This document shows, one piece after another, positions 1 through 6,583 of a DNA stretch of 6,583 nucleotides. Made by a program: the position numbers and the translations under genes. The DNA lies in IMG/VR virus record IMGVR_UViG_2671180921_000006; one strand, written 5' to 3'. Positions within the stretch are counted from its first letter, which is position 1. Every line of letters begins with the position of its first letter. The DNA is from a virus (Duplodnaviria; Heunggongvirae; Uroviricota; Caudoviricetes). The notes beneath the pieces were generated by a model, which was given only the letters and a program-made list of their open reading frames with translations, was not told the DNA's origin and ran no database searches.

Positions 1-114
1 CACGTCCGGCTGCGCCGCGCTGGCGTTCTCGCCCTCCGTCGCTTGCACCACGCCAGTAACGTCAGCCTGCGAAGCAGTGGCTGAAACAGTTGTTGATTGA
101 GTCTCTTTGGTCAT
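1..114 (-). CDS. nu3: Nested in-frame scaffold protein (Nu3-like) sharing the C-terminal reading frame of gpC; partial
   Basis: In-frame ATG at 114-112 is preceded in phage sense by TCTCAGGAGGGCGAATG, i.e. an AGGAGG Shine-Dalgarno 4 nt upstream. A second in-frame ATG at 324-322 (MDATRRMFAQ...) has no recognisable SD. In lambda, Nu3 is translated from an internal start within C (established knowledge); which of the two ATGs is used cannot be settled from sequence, so the 5' boundary could instead be 324. Confidence 0.5.
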   Translation of the reverse strand, partial: MTKETQSTTVSATASQADVTGVVQATEGENASAAQPDV

Positions 115-1018
115 TCGCCCTCCTGAGAGACGGGATTTACGTGTATCCAGTGCATCACGCATAACGGTGATCGCATCGGTACTGTTAACAAGTTCATCAG
201 CCAGTCCGGCATCAATGGCCTCCTGACCGCTGTACACTGCAGCCTCGGTATCCAGCACAGCCTGCACGGACAGGCCGGTATATGCCGACACCTTCTGTGC
301 AAACATCCGGCGGGTTGCATCCATCCGGGACTGCAGTGTTTCCCGGACATCATCCGGTAGATGGCTGTAGGGGTTGCCATCCACCTTATGGCTGCCGCTG
401 TAAATCAGCGTGATTTCCACACCCTGTTTCTCCAGCGCAGCACCGTAATTACTGTGAGCCATCATGACGCCGATGGAGCCTGTCCGGGCGGTCTGCGTGA
501 CCAGACGCCGGGAGGCGGCGCTGGCAAGCAGCTGACCTGCACTGCAGTTCATGTCGTTGGCCAGCGCCCATACCGGCTTTATGTCACGCACACGGGCGAT
601 GATGTCAGCACAGTCAAATGCTCCCGCCACCATCCCGCCCGGTGTGTCCATATCGAGCAGAATGCCGTCCACCATCGGATCGCTGGCAGCCTGTTGCAGA
701 CGGGCGATAATGCCGTTGTAACCGGTCATCCCCGAATACGGCTGCAGCGCCCGCGTCCGGCTGACCAGCGTGCCGGACACCGGCAGCACGGCGATGCCGT
801 TCATGACCTGATAACTGCGGGCCTGTCGTGGCCCGCCATCATCACCGGATAACGCCAGCGTCGCGGGTGCCTCTCCGGCAGTCAGGCTGTCGCCGGACAC
901 CGCATCCGTCAGGCGGCTGATCCCAAGCTGGCCTGCAAGCGCACAAAAGAAAACCCGCGCATAGGCGGGTTCAAGCATCAGCGGCTCATTAAAGGCCATA
1001 CTGGCAATATGCGGGAGA

Positions 1019-1038
<20 letters not shown>
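1..1038 (-). CDS. C: Prohead (capsid maturation) protease gpC, S49/ClpP-like family; partial, the 3' end lies beyond the window start
   Basis: Minus-strand frame opens with GTG at 1038-1036 (phage sense GTGACAGCAGAGCTGCGT = V/M-T-A-E-L-R...) and stays open to position 1, where it includes the in-frame codons at 324 and 114. The start overlaps the end of the portal gene by 20 nt. The translation matches my memory of lambda gpC; the ORF track omits it only because it runs off the window edge. Confidence 0.85.
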
Positions 1039-4719
<3,681 letters not shown>

Positions 4720-4745
<26 letters not shown>

Positions 4746-5265
4746 TCAGCAACCCCGGTATCAGTTCATCCAGCGCGGCTGCTTTGTTCATGGCTTTGAT
4801 GATATCCCGTTTCAGGAAATCAACATGTCGGTTTTCCAGTTCCGGAAAACGCCGCTGCACCGACAGGGGGATCCCGTCGAGAATACTGGCAATTTCACCT
4901 GCGATCCGCGACAGCACGAAAGTACAGAATGCGGTTTCCACCACTTCAGCGGAGTCTCTGGCATTCTTCAGCTCCTGTGCGTCGGCCTGCGCACGCGTAA
5001 GTCGATGGCGTTCGTACTCAATAGTCCCTGGCTGGAGATCTGCCTCGCTGGCCTGCCGCAGTTCTTCAACTTCCCGGCGCAGCTTTTCGTTCTCAATTTC
5101 AGCATCCCTTTCGGCATACCATTTTATGACGGCGGCAGAGTCATAAAGCACCTCATTACCCTTCCCACCGCCTCGCAGAACGGGCATTCCCTGCTCCTGC
5201 CAGTTCTGAATGGTACGGATACTCGCACCGAAAATGTCAGCCAGCTGCTTTTTGTTGACTTCCAT
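4720..5265 (-). CDS. nu1: Terminase small subunit gpNu1 (181 aa), cosB-binding winged-HTH protein
   Basis: ORF MEVNKKQLADIFGASIRTIQNWQEQGMPVLRGGGKGNEVLYDSAAVIKWYAERDAEIENEKLRREVEELRQ... recognised as lambda gpNu1. ATG at 5265-5263 sits immediately downstream (phage sense) of cosB. Confidence 0.95.
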
Positions 5266-5287
5266 TGTTCATTCCACGGACAAAAAC

Positions 5288-5303
5288 AGAGAAAGGAAAC
5301 GAC
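5288..5303 (-). promoter_or_regulatory. cosB R1 element
   Basis: Plus strand agagaaaggaaacgac; phage sense GTCGTTTCCTTTCTCT. Confidence 0.75.
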
Positions 5304-5330
5304 AAAGGCCAAAAAGCCCGTTTTCAGCAT

Positions 5331-5348
5331 CTGTCGTTTCCTTTCTTT
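5331..5348 (-). promoter_or_regulatory. cosB R2 element (inverted relative to R1/R3)
   Basis: Plus strand ctgtcgtttcctttcttt; phage sense AAAGAAAGGAAACGACAG. Confidence 0.75.
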
Positions 5349-5384
5349 TCAGGGGGTGTTTTAAATAAAAACATGAAGTTACAG

Positions 5385-5404
5385 CGAAGAAGAACGGAAA
5401 CGCC
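5385..5404 (-). promoter_or_regulatory. cosB R3 element
   Basis: Plus strand cgaagaagaacggaaacgcc; phage sense GGCGTTTCCGTTCTTCTTCG. Confidence 0.75.
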
Positions 5405-5436
5405 TTAAACCGGAAAATTTTCATAAATAGCGAAAA

Positions 5437-5460
5437 CCCGCGCGCCTTCCGCCCCGTAAC
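5437..5460 (-). other. cosN (terminase nicking site); cohesive-end 12-mer equivalent at 5443-5454, divergent from canonical lambda
   Basis: Phage-sense sequence is GTTACG-GGGCGGAAGGCG-CGCGGGTTTTCGC. Canonical lambda, as I recall it, is GTTACG-GGGCGGCGACCT-CGCGGGTTTTCGC. The flanks match exactly and six consecutive bases of the 12-mer differ. Confidence 0.65.
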
Positions 5461-5495
5461 GTTCTGGATTGCCGGAAAGGACCCGCCAGCCATTC
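5461..5495 (-). other. Right-end cos flank where cosQ would be expected
   Basis: Phage sense CGGGTCCTTTCCGGCAATCCAGAACGTTACG resembles the lambda right-end terminal sequence (CGGGTCCTTTCCGGTGATCCGACAGGTTACG, from memory) with several substitutions. The exact cosQ element was not pinned down. Confidence 0.35.
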
Positions 5496-5758
5496 GGGTT
5501 TACTTCGCAATGGGATTTAATATCTGAACGACCAAAGTCGTGCGACCACGGTCGCACAGACCTGAATACATGCCCTGTTTCTTCCACCCCCGCACAGGAC
5601 TGGCGAGCATGAGGGACAAACCCGCGAATCATAAACGCGGTAAAAACCCGGTGTGCATCGTTTTTGATTATTCCCGCACACTCGCGCAGAAGGAATTCCC
5701 CGTCGGGCTACGGTCATGGTTAATGCGGAAATACGGCGACGATACAGCGCATGATGTG

Positions 5759-6376
5759 TCAGGCTTGAATACCTTTATCGAATCCCGGTAATAAAAACTG
5801 TCCCTGTCTCTCCAGACGTTCCAGCTTTGCAAGCAATTGAGGTTTTTTCGTTCTCCCCCAGCGATTGAGCAGACGGCCTGACATGCTGGCGACATCCTTC
5901 TCTTTCATGTACTCCAGCATTACGGCGTTACGTTCTGCTTCATAACTTTCGCTGTACTTACGGAGTTCTGCTGACATCCAGTTAAACGCATTGATATAGG
6001 CTTCTTTAACAGCATCGGCTTTTGCCCCGTTAAATCCCATAACCAGCATAACGAAGCCACTAAAGTCCATGCGGTAGTAAATCTGTTTCTTGTCAAAAAT
6101 ACCTAAGTCATTGATTTTCTCGACGGCCCAAAAATGGGTTGTCGAGAATTCCTCAGAACATCTCAAACATTTAATAGCCCTAATCACATGCTGATGGCGT
6201 TTACCAAATGCCCTGGCAATCTGGAAGGTGTCAGTTACCGGTTGACCTTCTGCTGCGGTAACTAACTGGCGAAAGTCGAAGTCATGATTCGCAATTAATT
6301 CATTCATGGCGTTGCCTGCTTCTTTGAAATGAACCTTTGCCGCATAGGAAACCAGCCCACCGAGGCTCGCCAGCAC
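5759..6376 (-). CDS. Rha-family phage regulatory protein (Phage_pRha domain-like), encoded at the distal end of the right arm just upstream of cos
   Basis: 205-aa ORF with a GTG start at 6376; an alternative ATG at 6307-6305 (MNELIANHDFDF...) is possible. The segment FGKRHQHVIRAI...FSGFVMLVMGFNGAKADAVKEAYINAFNWMSAELRK fits the pattern I recall for Rha domains (FGKRHDNVLRDI ... GF.LL.MGF.GKKA...KEAYI.AFN). Same orientation as the packaging genes. Sampled lines of the gene are much more AT-rich than the head genes. Confidence 0.6.
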   Translation of the reverse strand: MLASLGGLVSYAAKVHFKEAGNAMNELIANHDFDFRQLVTAAEGQPVTDTFQIARAFGKRHQHVIRAIKCLRCSEEFSTTHFWAVEKINDLGIFDKKQIYYRMDFSGFVMLVMGFNGAKADAVKEAYINAFNWMSAELRKYSESYEAERNAVMLEYMKEKDVASMSGRLLNRWGRTKKPQLLAKLERLERQGQFLLPGFDKGIQA

Positions 6377-6455
6377 TAACTGGTATCCTCAAAGGCCCAT
6401 TCCAAAGGGTCAGGTTCGGTGTTTATTGTGCGCTGCGGTGCGCGGTGAAATACCG

Positions 6456-6490
6456 GTACAAAAATGCCCCGCATCTGCGAGGCATTTTCC
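6456..6490 (-). terminator. Rho-independent terminator-like hairpin (strongest reading on the minus strand) upstream of the Rha-family gene
   Basis: Plus strand acaaaaaTGCCCCGCatctGCGAGGCAttttcc. The minus-strand RNA has a 7-bp GC-rich stem GCCUCGC/GCGGGGC (one G-U wobble), loop AGAU, then AUUUUUGU. The plus-strand version has a C-A mismatch in the stem and only a UUUU-CC tail. Confidence 0.55.
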
Positions 6491-6583
6491 TGAAAGTCAC
6501 TTGTTAAATTTCAGTGAAATTAAAATTATTTTAAGCACTGCGTCCTGATGTATTCCTGCAGGTAGTTAACCTGCGCGGTTATC

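Larger units (their letters stand above)
5285..5405 (-). promoter_or_regulatory. cosB: terminase (gpNu1) binding region with R1, R2, R3 elements and an A/T-rich IHF-type spacer (I1 region)
   Basis: Three copies of the gpNu1 R-element core lie between cosN and the Nu1 start. R1 and R3 are direct, R2 is inverted, as in lambda. The AT-rich stretch at 5351-5384 (phage sense taacttcatgtttttatttaaaacacc) sits where the lambda I1 IHF site is. Confidence 0.8.

Noticed and set aside
111-380. 89-aa minus-strand ORF
   Set aside because: It is an alternative frame overlapping the genuine C/Nu3 frame; the protein is Cys/Arg/Pro-rich nonsense typical of an out-of-frame reading of GC-rich coding DNA.
361-852. 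163-aa plus-strand ORF
   Set aside because: It lies entirely antisense to the gpC protease gene in a GC-rich region where long spurious antisense ORFs are expected. It has no recognisable start context or family resemblance.
5124-5493. Small minus-strand ORFs 5124-5330 and 5269-5493 overlapping the Nu1 start and cosB
   Set aside because: They run through the R-element array and the Nu1 initiation region and are almost certainly non-coding.
5405-5632. 75-aa minus-strand ORF spanning cosN
   Set aside because: The reading frame runs through the cos cleavage site and cosB, so it would be split in virion DNA. It has no SD and is most likely a chance ORF.
5540-5791. 83-aa plus-strand ORF (phage reverse strand) between cosQ and the Rha-like gene
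   Set aside because: Its GTG start falls exactly on the 8-bp palindrome, it overlaps the 3' end of the Rha-like gene, and it has no clear RBS or recognisable domain. A small reverse-strand moron cannot be fully excluded, but the evidence is insufficient.
5517-5895. Minus-strand ORFs 5517-5717 and 5668-5895 around the 3' end of the Rha-like gene
   Set aside because: The second is out of frame within the Rha-like gene. The first is a Cys/Arg/Gly-rich short ORF with no start context.
6555-6577. Short palindromes CCTGCAGG and GTTAAC at the window edge
   Set aside because: They are isolated 6-8-bp restriction-site-like palindromes with no repeat array or partner. They are too short and too close to the window edge to interpret.

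Overview
This window is the packaging and early head-assembly module of a lambda-like (lambdoid) phage or prophage, reverse-complemented relative to the usual lambda map. All real genes are on the minus strand, in the order terminase small subunit (Nu1), terminase large subunit (A), head-tail joining protein (W), portal (B) and the 5' part of the prohead protease/scaffold gene (C, with nested Nu3), running from 5265 down to position 1. I identified these by recognising the translated ORFs as phage lambda gpNu1, gpA, gpW, gpB and gpC from memory; no alignment or identity figure was computed. Past the Nu1 start the sequence runs straight through a cos site (cosB with R1/R2/R3, cosN, cosQ-side flank at about 5285-5500) into the end of the phage right arm, which carries an AT-rich Rha-family regulator gene (5759-6376, minus) preceded by a strong intrinsic terminator hairpin. 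The most notable observation is that the 12-nt cohesive-end core of cosN appears to differ from canonical lambda at six consecutive positions while its flanks and cosB are conserved. I found no CRISPR array, tRNA or rRNA, and no defence system; the plus-strand ORFs in the track are antisense shadows of the structural genes.
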